DNA of 64,000 nt. Origin: a virus (taxonomy: Duplodnaviria > Heunggongvirae > Uroviricota > Caudoviricetes). The position numbers and the translations under genes are program-made. Shown piece after piece: positions 18,908 to 28,023 of this stretch. The notes under the pieces are model-generated. The model searched no databases. It was given only the letters and a program-made list of their open reading frames with translations, and was not told where the DNA came from. Within the stretch, counting starts at the first letter, position 1; every line of letters begins with the position of its first letter. The DNA lies in IMG/VR virus record IMGVR_UViG_3300032250_000269, positions 25,069 through 89,068 of that record; one strand, written 5' to 3'.

Positions 18908-19267
18908 ATGGCTTACATGAACCAAGAAACCAAGAAGGCAATTGCTCCGGTTGTGAAGAACATTCTTAAGAAGTATGGCCTTAAGGGCACTCTTGGTGTC
19001 CGTCATTACAGCACTCTGGTTCTCAACATTACTGAAGGCAAGATTAACTTTCTTGAAGGTCAGGACCGGAATTACACCAGCGTCAATCCTTACTGGTTTC
19101 ATGAACACTTTGATGGTGTTGCCAAGGATTGTCTGACTGAAATCATCACCGCCATGAACAACGGCAACTGGAATAACAGCCGCATTGAGGTTGATTTTTT
19201 TGATATTGGTTGGTATATTGATGTGAACATTGGTAAGTGGGGCAAGCCCTACAAGTATGCAGCATAA
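18908..19267 (+). CDS. hypothetical protein
   Basis: 119 aa, driven by the consensus promoter and leader. Confidence 0.55.
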   Translation: MAYMNQETKKAIAPVVKNILKKYGLKGTLGVRHYSTLVLNITEGKINFLEGQDRNYTSVNPYWFHEHFDGVAKDCLTEIITAMNNGNWNNSRIEVDFFDIGWYIDVNIGKWGKPYKYAA

Positions 19268-19278
19268 GGAGATTTGAT

Positions 19279-19497
19279 ATGGCATATGCAATTCGTAGTG
19301 ATAATGGCCGGGTGTTTTTGAGTGTTGGCAATTCGGATGCTAAACATCTTATGGATATATTGCCGGGTCATTTTCAACAAAAAACTTTTACTAATACCGG
19401 CAAGAAGACAGTATTTGTGGTTGACTGTGATTGTCAAATCACTTATGGTAATGCAACAATCTGTTTTAAAGAAAAAGATTATTTTTTCCCAATGTAA
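19279..19497 (+). CDS. hypothetical small protein
   Basis: 72 aa; RBS AAGGAGATTTGAT-ATG. Confidence 0.45.
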   Translation: MAYAIRSDNGRVFLSVGNSDAKHLMDILPGHFQQKTFTNTGKKTVFVVDCDCQITYGNATICFKEKDYFFPM

Positions 19498-19508
19498 AGG
19501 ATTTTGAA

Positions 19509-19814
19509 ATGAGTCGTGGTAAGTATAGTCCAGCACTTAGCCGTAAGGATGCAGATCGTCCTTACAGTGCATATTGCTACAATGCTGATAAGCAAATTCC
19601 TCCTGAAACATGGGCGGAAGGCGAATATGATCATCGTACACATTTTGCCAACTATGATGAAAATGGCTATGATAGATATGGATATAGTGCCTTTTTAGAA
19701 GATGGTACATTCATTGGTCTTGGTCAGGGAATTGATCGTTGGGGATACACTGAAGATGAATATCTTACAATGAGCTATGAAGAATTTGAAGATATTTGTT
19801 TGAGTGGTGGATGA
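19509..19814 (+). CDS. hypothetical protein (Tyr/Asp/Glu-rich)
   Basis: 101 aa. Confidence 0.5.
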   Translation: MSRGKYSPALSRKDADRPYSAYCYNADKQIPPETWAEGEYDHRTHFANYDENGYDRYGYSAFLEDGTFIGLGQGIDRWGYTEDEYLTMSYEEFEDICLSGG

Positions 19815-19830
19815 AAGGAAAAATTAATTG

Positions 19831-19885
19831 TTGACATAGAATCGGCATAGTGTATACTCTCTTCATCAAGAACGGAGATTACACT
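19831..19885 (+). promoter_or_regulatory. consensus early promoter plus leader
   Basis: TTGACA-N16/17-TATACT then TTCATCAAGAACGGAGA. Confidence 0.6.
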
Positions 19886-20536
19886 ATGTCGATTTTTCTT
19901 AATTCTGATCAGATTCGCAAGATTGCTGAAGACAACGCAGTTTCCTACAATGTTGCTAACCTTTATGCTGAATATGTCGCAAAGGCTAAGAAGAAGAATG
20001 TAGTCTTGAACATGGGTCGTAACACTCTTCGTGACAGTACCCAACAGAAGACTTACAACGCTGAAAACAAGTTCATGTCTAAGTATGGTCGTGGCGGGTA
20101 TTTCTCTACTGTAGAAGAAGCTCAGAAGTTCGCTGACAAGGTGTTTGCTTCGAAGGTGTGGGAAAAGCACAAGACCAATCGGGTTAGCCGCACCTCTCCC
20201 CGTATCGAATATTCCAGCAAGATGACACGTTATAGCGGTATGGCTTATAGCAATCACATTTCGCTTGGTCGTACTGGTATGAACGTTTACATCCTCCTTC
20301 ATGAACTGGCTCATACCAATGGCCATCGTCATCATGACTCGTCTTTCCGCAAGTGCCTTGTTGCCTTTGTCGCTAAGTTCATGGGTAAGGAAGCCGGTGA
20401 ACTTCTTAAGAAGGAATTCAAGGATGCTGGTCTTAAGATGACTATTCCTAGTGCTAAGCCTGTGAAGGAATTTAAGGATTGGTATGCATTCTATAAGAGG
20501 GCTGAAGTTGCTCGCTACGCACGAAACAATTCTTAA
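19886..20536 (+). CDS. putative HExxH zinc metallopeptidase-like protein
   Basis: ILLHELAHTNGHRHH; driven by the consensus promoter. Confidence 0.5.
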   Translation: MSIFLNSDQIRKIAEDNAVSYNVANLYAEYVAKAKKKNVVLNMGRNTLRDSTQQKTYNAENKFMSKYGRGGYFSTVEEAQKFADKVFASKVWEKHKTNRVSRTSPRIEYSSKMTRYSGMAYSNHISLGRTGMNVYILLHELAHTNGHRHHDSSFRKCLVAFVAKFMGKEAGELLKKEFKDAGLKMTIPSAKPVKEFKDWYAFYKRAEVARYARNNS

Positions 20537-20545
20537 AATAATTTG

Positions 20546-20604
20546 TTGACACGAATCAACGAATCGATTATTGTCCTTTCATAGAAAGAGAAAAGGAATT
20601 CAAA
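20546..20604 (+). promoter_or_regulatory. consensus early promoter plus leader variant
   Basis: TTGACA CGAATCAACGAATCGAT TATTGT. Confidence 0.55.
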
Positions 20605-20943
20605 ATGCAAGTTATGGTTATTCATACTGATCGTGAAACCAACAAGCAGGAAGTTGTTGCTACTGTTGAGTTTGATGGTAACAACCCGATCAACGCTATG
20701 GATTATGCTTATCGTTGGACCAACAATATTGATGGTTCGTGGTCGCAGGGTGAAGATATCGTGATTGATGGTCATCTTTATGAGAACCCTGATTTCAATC
20801 CTAATGTCAAGGTTCTTGCTCCTCTTCCTAATCATCTTGGTCGCACTTATGGAATTCGTTCTACTTCTGTTGGCGATATCATGATTATCAATGGTGAAGC
20901 TTACAGGGTTGCTTCGTTTGGTTTCGAGAAGGTGGAGGGTTAA
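20605..20943 (+). CDS. hypothetical protein
   Basis: 112 aa; consensus promoter upstream. Confidence 0.5.
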   Translation: MQVMVIHTDRETNKQEVVATVEFDGNNPINAMDYAYRWTNNIDGSWSQGEDIVIDGHLYENPDFNPNVKVLAPLPNHLGRTYGIRSTSVGDIMIINGEAYRVASFGFEKVEG

Positions 20944-20944
20944 G

Positions 20945-21277
20945 ATGGATATCGAAAAGCTTGTTGCAGAATACGGTGCTATCAATCTTCGATTTTTTAT
21001 TCCAATGCGTAGAATGCATTCTTTGCATGGGTTTGGTATTCCTATGGCATTTACAAGCAGTGACGATCCTTATGACACTACAGAATGTGTAATTGATGAG
21101 GATCGCTACAAGGTTGCTGATGGGTACAAGATTACCTTTCGTGCCATCGATGAAAATTATGGTTATAAACACTGGTATCAGATGGACTTCAATAACATCT
21201 ATAGGCGTAAAAAAGAAATTCGTGTCTATGTTCTTGTAGATGAAGATAACAAGTATGAGAAAGTAGAGGTTAAGTAA
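20945..21277 (+). CDS. hypothetical protein
   Basis: 110 aa. Confidence 0.5.
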   Translation: MDIEKLVAEYGAINLRFFIPMRRMHSLHGFGIPMAFTSSDDPYDTTECVIDEDRYKVADGYKITFRAIDENYGYKHWYQMDFNNIYRRKKEIRVYVLVDEDNKYEKVEVK

Positions 21278-21278
21278 T

Positions 21279-21668
21279 ATGCCATGTGTTAGTGATTATA
21301 TGGAGCCTACTGGTAAGGAGCGTAAGCTTCAACAGACTGCACAGCTTCTAGAGTATGCACTATTTGAGCTTAACCTTCCTATTCCTAGTAAGGTTAAGAC
21401 TGCTTCTAGTAACATCTATTGTCATTTAGATTTGGTTCCTGATCTTTGTGAACTTATTACCAACATGAATGATCTTCAGCGTGATCGTGTAGTTTACAAT
21501 GCCTATAACAAACAGTCACGTGAACTGGCTCATTGGTGGGAGAATCATCAGGAAGCTGATCGTAAGCGTATTGCTGCTGATATGGAAAAGGCTGATCGAC
21601 AATCTTTGATTGAAAGCGCCAAGTCCAAGTTGACTGATGCTGAACGTAAGGCACTTGGTCTTGGGTAA
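21279..21668 (+). CDS. hypothetical protein
   Basis: 129 aa. Confidence 0.5.
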   Translation: MPCVSDYMEPTGKERKLQQTAQLLEYALFELNLPIPSKVKTASSNIYCHLDLVPDLCELITNMNDLQRDRVVYNAYNKQSRELAHWWENHQEADRKRIAADMEKADRQSLIESAKSKLTDAERKALGLG

Positions 21669-21714
21669 GCGTTCAGATTTCGAGAGAGTTGAAAGAGACT
21701 ATTATCCCAGCCCA

Positions 21715-22185
21715 ATGAAGGCAGTACTGCCGTTGCTACCACACTTGGCAAGGGGAACACACTTCATTGAGCCTTGTGCTGGTGATGGTCGTCTTATTGA
21801 TCATCTAGAGGCACATGGGCATAGATGTACAAGTGCTTCTGATATTGAACCTATACCACCCATGACAAGGATTGGTGACGCAACCACCATGAAGTACAAT
21901 CATAGTGGCCACCAGTACTTTATTACCAATCCACCATGGGATAGAAAGATTCTTCATCCTATCATTGAAAATCTCAGCAATCAGTTGCCTACATGGCTTT
22001 TGTTTGATGCTGATTGGATGCACACAAAGCAAGCAACACCCTACTTGACACGACTCGAAAAGGTCGTTAGTATCGGTAGGGTAAAGTGGATTGAAGATAG
22101 CAAGTCTGTCGGTAAGGATAACTGTTGTTGGTATCTGTTCTGGCATAAGAATGATATTCAGACACAATTTTTTGGAAGAACGTAA
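21715..22185 (+). CDS. DNA N6-adenine (or N4-cytosine) methyltransferase, small
   Basis: Motif I FIEPCAGDGRL then motif IV NPPW; about 156 aa from internal ATG. Confidence 0.65.
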   Translation: MKAVLPLLPHLARGTHFIEPCAGDGRLIDHLEAHGHRCTSASDIEPIPPMTRIGDATTMKYNHSGHQYFITNPPWDRKILHPIIENLSNQLPTWLLFDADWMHTKQATPYLTRLEKVVSIGRVKWIEDSKSVGKDNCCWYLFWHKNDIQTQFFGRT

Positions 22186-22186
22186 T

Positions 22187-22399
22187 ATGAAGTTTTGGCT
22201 GGTACTAATGATCTTTAATTTGAACGGCCATTTTCTTTATAAGAAAGAAATTCCTTTTAAAACTCGTGTAGAATGTGTGCAAGCTGCTGGTCAAAAAGCA
22301 AAGAAATTTGTAAACAAATCGGTTGCAGTCTCGTCGTTTTGTGTTACTGATAATCATCATAGAGGGATTTCTGTTGATCCGGGAATTCCTCTAGACTAA
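22187..22399 (+). CDS. small secreted/membrane protein
   Basis: Hydrophobic N-terminus MKFWLVLMIF. Confidence 0.4.
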   Translation: MKFWLVLMIFNLNGHFLYKKEIPFKTRVECVQAAGQKAKKFVNKSVAVSSFCVTDNHHRGISVDPGIPLD

Positions 22400-22410
22400 G
22401 GATTAAACAA

Positions 22411-22614
22411 ATGCTGAATTTTATCAAATGGTTTGGTACTCTGTGTATAATTTTAGCCGCATTTTCTAGATCGGCTAATTATCATACATTTGACATGGTA
22501 CTATCTATTATCGGTGCTTCTATATGGGCATACGCTGCGGTACGTGTAAAGGATAAAGCACTTCTGGTAGTGAATGTTTTTATTCTTATCATTCTTATTT
22601 TTGGACTTTTATAA
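22411..22614 (+). CDS. small membrane protein (two TM)
   Basis: 67 aa hydrophobic. Confidence 0.45.
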   Translation: MLNFIKWFGTLCIILAAFSRSANYHTFDMVLSIIGASIWAYAAVRVKDKALLVVNVFILIILIFGLL

Positions 22615-22626
22615 AAGGATTTTGTT

Positions 22627-22995
22627 ATGTGGTATGATCAGACTGACATTAAGGAAATGGAAGGCAAGACCTTCACTCGTGTGTATGAACTTGATAATGA
22701 TACTTTGGTCTTTGAAAACGAAGATTATCGTTACACTTTCTATCACTCGCAGGACTGTTGTGAGTACGTGTATATCGAAAGTATCGTTGGTGATCTTGAC
22801 GATCTTGTTGGTTCACCTCTGCTTCTTTCTGAGGAAGTTAGCAGTGATGAAGGTCCACTTAATGAATATGAAGAATCATACACTTGGACGTTCTACAAGT
22901 TTGCGACAATCAAGGGCTATGTAGACGTTCGCTGGTATGGTATTTCCAATGGTTATTATTCTGAGAGCGTACAGCTTAGAAGAGAAAATGCGTGA
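22627..22995 (+). CDS. hypothetical acidic protein
   Basis: 122 aa. Confidence 0.5.
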   Translation: MWYDQTDIKEMEGKTFTRVYELDNDTLVFENEDYRYTFYHSQDCCEYVYIESIVGDLDDLVGSPLLLSEEVSSDEGPLNEYEESYTWTFYKFATIKGYVDVRWYGISNGYYSESVQLRRENA

Positions 22996-23210
22996 TCAAT
23001 CCTCGTATCAAGGAAATTGGTGAGCAGGTTGGCTTGTATATGGAACCCCACTATCAAGGTGGGTTTCCAAACGAGCAACTTATTTCAGCTTTGCAATTTG
23101 CAGACTTGATTGTACGTGATTGTCTTGATATAATGCAAAACTGTGATGGCGATCTGGATTTTGCTATCTGGTTGTTGAAAGATAGGTTTGGTGTTGACAC
23201 CCCTTCCTGA
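22992..23210 (+). CDS. hypothetical small protein
   Basis: 72 aa. Confidence 0.45.
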   Translation: MINPRIKEIGEQVGLYMEPHYQGGFPNEQLISALQFADLIVRDCLDIMQNCDGDLDFAIWLLKDRFGVDTPS

Positions 23211-23247
23211 ATGATATAGAATAATTCTATCAACAAAGGAAAAAATT

Positions 23248-24435
23248 ATGAACTACAAATTCCCTATCATTACGAATATCAGCGACGTACTTCCTGCTAT
23301 TGAAGGTAGGGATGAGTTCGTTGTGGCTGTCAAGGAAGGCTATACTGTCATCAACTACAATGTGATGATGGCTGATACGTTTCCTGCTATTCACAGCGAT
23401 TTCTTGGACGCTGGTTGGCATGAAGATGTAAATGCAGCACTTCGTCGTGAATGTCGTGGTATCATCTTTGATACTGCTACTGGCAACATCATTCGTCGTC
23501 CGTTCCATAAATTTTTTAATGTATCGGAAAGAGAAGAAACCCAAGTAAATGTGATTGATTTGTCTCGTCCTCATGCTATTCTTGATAAGCTTGACGGGAG
23601 CATGATATGCCCATTTATTGTCAACGGACAAATGATTTGGGGTACCAAGATGGGTGCTACTGATGTGTCAAAGCCTGTTGAGGAGTTTGTGAAGAACAAT
23701 CCTGAGTATATTCGCTTTGCTGAAGAAGCGATTGCAAATGAATGGACTCCTATCTTTGAATGGTGCTCACGAAAGCAGCGTATTGTTCTAGATTATTTTG
23801 AAGATCAATTGGTTCTCACTGCTATGCGCCACCTTAACACTGGTTCGTATGCCCTTCATGATAATCTGGTAGAATTGGGTAAGGCATTCGAAATTCCTGT
23901 AGTTCGTGCATTCGAACCGCAGACTGATATGAAGGCATTCATCGAATACGTTCGTGATCTAGAAGACCTTGAAGGTTATGTGGTTCGTTTTGGCGATGGT
24001 CATATGATCAAGCTGAAGTGTGATTGGTATGTCCAAATTCATAAGGCTAAGGAAGCTATTCTACAGGATCGCAACATTGTTGAGTTGATCCTTGACGAAA
24101 AGCTGGACGATATCAAGGCACATCTCCCTGCTGAAGATCGTGATCGTCTGTCTCAGTTTGAAAATGACTTCAATGTTGAAGTGGCTTGTAGGTGTATTGA
24201 GATTGAAAGCATTCTGAAGAACATTGAGGCTGATGGTGTTGATCGCAAGACGTTTGCTCTTGAAATTGCTCCTAAGTTTGATAATTTTCTTCGTGCATCA
24301 GTATTTACCTGTTGGGATGATAAGTCCAAGGTATATAATACTGTACGCAACACAATTCGCAACAATCTTGGTCGTACAGTCAAGTACGAAGCAATTCGTG
24401 ATGTTTGGTTTCCGGGGGTAGTTTTCAATGGTTAA
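23248..24435 (+). CDS. rnlA: RNA ligase (T4 Rnl1-like nucleotidyltransferase)
   Basis: Motif I LDKLDGSM (KxDG) and size (395 aa) similar to T4 RNA ligase 1. Confidence 0.65.
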   Translation: MNYKFPIITNISDVLPAIEGRDEFVVAVKEGYTVINYNVMMADTFPAIHSDFLDAGWHEDVNAALRRECRGIIFDTATGNIIRRPFHKFFNVSEREETQVNVIDLSRPHAILDKLDGSMICPFIVNGQMIWGTKMGATDVSKPVEEFVKNNPEYIRFAEEAIANEWTPIFEWCSRKQRIVLDYFEDQLVLTAMRHLNTGSYALHDNLVELGKAFEIPVVRAFEPQTDMKAFIEYVRDLEDLEGYVVRFGDGHMIKLKCDWYVQIHKAKEAILQDRNIVELILDEKLDDIKAHLPAEDRDRLSQFENDFNVEVACRCIEIESILKNIEADGVDRKTFALEIAPKFDNFLRASVFTCWDDKSKVYNTVRNTIRNNLGRTVKYEAIRDVWFPGVVFNG

Positions 24436-24622
24436 CAAGTCTGACTTTATTGGTATTCTAGTCCTGCATTGGATGGTTTTTGCACTTGCATTCCTTGGAT
24501 TTGCAGCATATATGGATGTTAGAAATATGAATAACAAACTTCAATATGTGCAGTATTTCCAAGAGTCTATAACCAGCCATGATCTTCAAGATATCATGTG
24601 TAACGGGAGTCCAGTAGGATGA
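24428..24622 (+). CDS. small membrane protein
   Basis: 64 aa, hydrophobic segment. Confidence 0.4.
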   Translation: MVNKSDFIGILVLHWMVFALAFLGFAAYMDVRNMNNKLQYVQYFQESITSHDLQDIMCNGSPVG

Positions 24623-24804
24623 CATTTGAACAATGGTTTGATAAAGAATACCCTGAGTCAGATTTTGCAACCCATATGATTATCATTCGTCTTTCATTGA
24701 AAGAAGTTGCTCAGAAGGCATGGACCACTGCTTGGGAAGACGGCCACAGTGCTGGTGTTTCTGCACAAGCCGGTTGGCAAGATTATTTGGATAATTACGA
24801 ATGA
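24619..24804 (+). CDS. hypothetical small protein
   Basis: 61 aa. Confidence 0.4.
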   Translation: MTFEQWFDKEYPESDFATHMIIIRLSLKEVAQKAWTTAWEDGHSAGVSAQAGWQDYLDNYE

Positions 24805-25067
24805 GTCTCGAAAAATCAATCTATGAAGCATGGGATAATGCTTTGCAAAATGGATATGAAGAATGGCTGTTGGAAGCTAGCACTATTGACATAGCCGTTG
24901 ATATGATGGATTGTGATGGTGATATTGAGTTGTATTCAAATGGAATGATTGATGTTGTTGTTGGTCATATCGACACTCTTCAATTAAATTATCGAAGGGA
25001 AGTTTATGGTAATTTTCCAGAAGATTATATGAAATTAGGTCTTTATAGGAAAAATAAAAATGGCTAA
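24801..25067 (+). CDS. hypothetical protein
   Basis: 88 aa. Confidence 0.4.
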   Translation: MSLEKSIYEAWDNALQNGYEEWLLEASTIDIAVDMMDCDGDIELYSNGMIDVVVGHIDTLQLNYRREVYGNFPEDYMKLGLYRKNKNG

Positions 25068-25290
25068 GTTTATTCTTGCTAAAGATGATGAAAATCAGGG
25101 TCCATATCAATGGACCAATGTCAATCGCCGTGACTATTTCGGTTGGGAGGGTGCATGGGCAGAATCATTTGCCTCTGAAGAATGGGCTATTTTTGCTGCT
25201 GAACAACGCACAAAAGAAGGTTGGATTGTTGACTGCTATCATAACGTAGGGTATACGGTGAATAGCAATTATGGAGAAGATAATGCGTAA
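25060..25290 (+). CDS. hypothetical protein
   Basis: 76 aa. Confidence 0.4.
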   Translation: MAKFILAKDDENQGPYQWTNVNRRDYFGWEGAWAESFASEEWAIFAAEQRTKEGWIVDCYHNVGYTVNSNYGEDNA

Positions 25291-25768
25291 GTGTACAATT
25301 CTTGTTGGTGTTCCTGCTTCTGGCAAGTCAACATGGCTTAAAAATAATTATGAAAATATGGAGTTTGGTTCGATTGTTGCATCAACCGACAATATTATTG
25401 AAGAATTGGCTGATATGTTTGGATTTACATACAATGATGTTTTTTCAGAAACTATCAGGTTTGCTGATATGGTTATGAACAACAATTTGATTGTAGCAGC
25501 AGAAGATGGTGTAGATATTTACGTTGATCGTACTAATCTTTCTCAAAAGTCTCGTCGTCATTTTATTAAAACTCTCAAGCCATATGGGTATACTTTTGAT
25601 GATGTGGTTTTTGAAACTCCTGAAAAGGATGAATGGAAACGCCGTTTGAATTCTCGTTGTGGAAAGTCTATTCCAAATGATGTTATTGATAGGATGGTGA
25701 ATAGCTACGAAATTCCTTTGGAAAACGAAGGGTTTGAAAAAATCACTTTTATTGAAAATAATGTTTGA
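25283..25768 (+). CDS. P-loop kinase (polynucleotide-kinase-like kinase domain)
   Basis: Walker A GVPASGKST; about 161 aa. Confidence 0.6.
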   Translation: MRKCTILVGVPASGKSTWLKNNYENMEFGSIVASTDNIIEELADMFGFTYNDVFSETIRFADMVMNNNLIVAAEDGVDIYVDRTNLSQKSRRHFIKTLKPYGYTFDDVVFETPEKDEWKRRLNSRCGKSIPNDVIDRMVNSYEIPLENEGFEKITFIENNV

Positions 25769-25821
25769 CACGAATCGTTAATAGTTTTATATTGTGTTCA
25801 ACAAGACGAAAGGAACACAAT
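25765..25821 (+). promoter_or_regulatory. consensus early promoter plus conserved leader
   Basis: TTGACA CGAATCGTT.. TATATT then GTTCAACAAGACGAAAGGAAC. Confidence 0.65.
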
Positions 25822-26130
25822 ATGACTATCAACACTGGCTACAAGTTCTACTCTGATCCCGGTCATGGTTGGTTGGCAGTGTCTTTCAAGAACTTCTTTG
25901 CCGTTGGTGCAAAGCTTGAAGACGTTTCCAACTTCTCGTATGCACGTGGCAAGACGCTGTATCTTGAAGAAGATTGTGATGCTGGTGTCTTCATCAAGGC
26001 TTTTCGTGAGAAGATGGGTACTGATCCTATTTTCTTTGAGAAGTTTCATGAACGCACCGCCATTCGTTCGTATCAGCCGTTGTTTTTTGTCGGCACTCGT
26101 GAAAAGATTGCCGCTGGTGAAGCTGTCTAA
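25822..26130 (+). CDS. hypothetical protein
   Basis: Consensus promoter and leader upstream. Confidence 0.5.
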   Translation: MTINTGYKFYSDPGHGWLAVSFKNFFAVGAKLEDVSNFSYARGKTLYLEEDCDAGVFIKAFREKMGTDPIFFEKFHERTAIRSYQPLFFVGTREKIAAGEAV

Positions 26131-26141
26131 GGAGATTTGAT

Positions 26142-26354
26142 ATGGATACTACTGCACGTTGGGATGAAAATGTCCTCATGGTCCGCTGGTATGGTAGCTC
26201 GACCGAAGATGAAGCTGCATATCTTTTCATTAAGAATGGTACATATCGTCTAGAACTTGATGGGTATGAAGAAACTTTTTTTAAGACATATCCAACCAAG
26301 CCTACTGCTGAAGAAGCTCTTATGTCAGTACTTAAGTGGCAAAGCGGTTATTAA
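26142..26354 (+). CDS. hypothetical small protein
   Basis: Same AAGGAGATTTGAT-ATG junction as 19279. Confidence 0.45.
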   Translation: MDTTARWDENVLMVRWYGSSTEDEAAYLFIKNGTYRLELDGYEETFFKTYPTKPTAEEALMSVLKWQSGY

Positions 26355-26365
26355 GGAATTTTATC

Positions 26366-26581
26366 ATGATTACTGAAACTGGCGATTACCTAACTCGGGA
26401 TGGTACCAAAGTGACTATTCATGAGATTCGTCTAGGCACTTCCACGTTCGAAGCAAAGGGTAGTGTTTGGAAAATGTTTCGTGGAAAACTTCGTCCACGT
26501 GGCTTTAATATTTGGAAAACTGATGGACAACACATGGCTGTTGGTGTACATCGTCTAGACATTGTTGAAAGGATTTTTTAA
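26366..26581 (+). CDS. hypothetical small protein
   Basis: 71 aa. Confidence 0.45.
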   Translation: MITETGDYLTRDGTKVTIHEIRLGTSTFEAKGSVWKMFRGKLRPRGFNIWKTDGQHMAVGVHRLDIVERIF

Positions 26582-27036
26582 TGCGTGTTTCTGTTGAATA
26601 TAGCCAATACTGTACTCATGATTATCACTCGGGTGAAAAGTATGGTGATTGGGAAAAGCAGTACGATTCCAGTGTAACTGGTGTTCGTGTTCTTCGTGAA
26701 GATGAAGAGTCTGGTTATAGCAGCGAGACTTTTCTTCTCCCTGATGATGCTACTACTGCCTATGTTGTTTATATGATTTATAGCAGTGGTGATAGCTTTG
26801 GTCGTTCTGATGGTGAAATCGATATCCTTCACTGCACTGCAAGTTCCGATAAGGCACATGCTCTTGCAAAGATGGTGACTGACAACCCGAATGAATATTC
26901 GATCAAGTTCACTGATGATTTTGATCGTGAAGTCAGCATCTACAACCGTGGTGCTGGATATTTTGAACGTATTGAATATGTTGAGGTGCTTTCGTTTGAT
27001 CTAAACGGTAGTCCTCGTCGTTATCGTGTAAACTAA
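26581..27036 (+). CDS. hypothetical protein
   Basis: 151 aa. Confidence 0.5.
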   Translation: MRVSVEYSQYCTHDYHSGEKYGDWEKQYDSSVTGVRVLREDEESGYSSETFLLPDDATTAYVVYMIYSSGDSFGRSDGEIDILHCTASSDKAHALAKMVTDNPNEYSIKFTDDFDREVSIYNRGAGYFERIEYVEVLSFDLNGSPRRYRVN

Positions 27037-27051
27037 GAAAGGAAATATATT

Positions 27052-27567
27052 ATGACACATTTTGTTGGACTCGTTATTGCTGATACCGTAGAAGAGATTG
27101 CTTCTCTCCTTGCTCCTTATGATGAAAATATGGATGTAGAATCGTACTTTGAACCTGTAGAGGTTGAGGGTATGGTTGAATATGCCAAGGAAAAGAAAGT
27201 AGAATTTACCAATCCTATCGATCTGGTAGAGTGGTGGGATGGCAAACCCGGTGTTATCAATGAAGCTGGTGAAATCGGCTATATGAGCACCTACAACCCC
27301 GATTCGAAGTGGGATTGGTATGTTGTTGGTGGTCGTTGGGATGATGTTGTCGTAGGCAATCGTTGCCTTGCTGAAGATGTTGAAAGCACCTTTGAGCCTT
27401 TGGGTTACATTCCTTCTGTGATCGTTGATGCTGATGGTTGGCATCAGGCAAAGGAATGGGGTTGGTTTGGTTCATCTAGCCCTGTAGAAGGTAATGAGAA
27501 CATCGTTCGTGAGAAGCTTGCTCAGCACAAGGGTAAGAATGTTTTCATCGTAGATTTCCACATCTAA
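27052..27567 (+). CDS. hypothetical acidic protein
   Basis: 171 aa. Confidence 0.5.
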   Translation: MTHFVGLVIADTVEEIASLLAPYDENMDVESYFEPVEVEGMVEYAKEKKVEFTNPIDLVEWWDGKPGVINEAGEIGYMSTYNPDSKWDWYVVGGRWDDVVVGNRCLAEDVESTFEPLGYIPSVIVDADGWHQAKEWGWFGSSSPVEGNENIVREKLAQHKGKNVFIVDFHI

Positions 27568-27585
27568 AAAATAATCAAAAAATGT

Positions 27586-27646
27586 TTGACAGTCCTTTCC
27601 GACTCATGTAGAAGAAATTCAACAGAGACGGAAAGGACTTTTTTTA
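27586..27646 (+). promoter_or_regulatory. promoter embedded in a terminator-type hairpin
   Basis: TTGACA then stem GTCCTTTCCG...CGGAAAGGAC plus T7; -10-like TAGAAG lies in the loop. Confidence 0.5.
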
Positions 27647-27960
27647 TGACCAAGCTCATCGCAATCAAGGAAGAAAGCAACTTCAAGCAGCAGTACAAGA
27701 TCGTGTCTGCTTCGAACCGGAACTTCACCTATGGCCGCATTCGCTTCGAACCGTTTGGTCCTCATGGTGCTGGTTGGAATGTTCGTTGCAGCGAAAATGA
27801 TGAAGACCTTGAACGTCTGGTTCGTGCCAAGTTCTTTCAGAATGGTCGTCGTTTTCCTATGAAGAAGGCTTTCGATCTTTTTGTTGAAGCGCAGGAAGAA
27901 CTGGAAATCGAATACAAGGCTGATCGTAATTCTTGGGAACGTTCGATGGAAATGGCATAA
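27646..27960 (+). CDS. hypothetical protein
   Basis: 104 aa; promoter overlaps a terminator hairpin. Confidence 0.5.
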   Translation: MTKLIAIKEESNFKQQYKIVSASNRNFTYGRIRFEPFGPHGAGWNVRCSENDEDLERLVRAKFFQNGRRFPMKKAFDLFVEAQEELEIEYKADRNSWERSMEMA

Positions 27961-27966
27961 TAGCTG

Positions 27967-28023
27967 TTGACACGAATCACGAATCATTATATATTCTCTT
28001 CATCAAGACGAAAGGAACTTCAC
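27967..28023 (+). promoter_or_regulatory. consensus early promoter plus conserved leader (near-identical copy of 18849)
   Basis: TTGACACGAATCACGAATCATTATATATTCTCTTCATCAAGACGAAAGGAAC. Confidence 0.65.
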
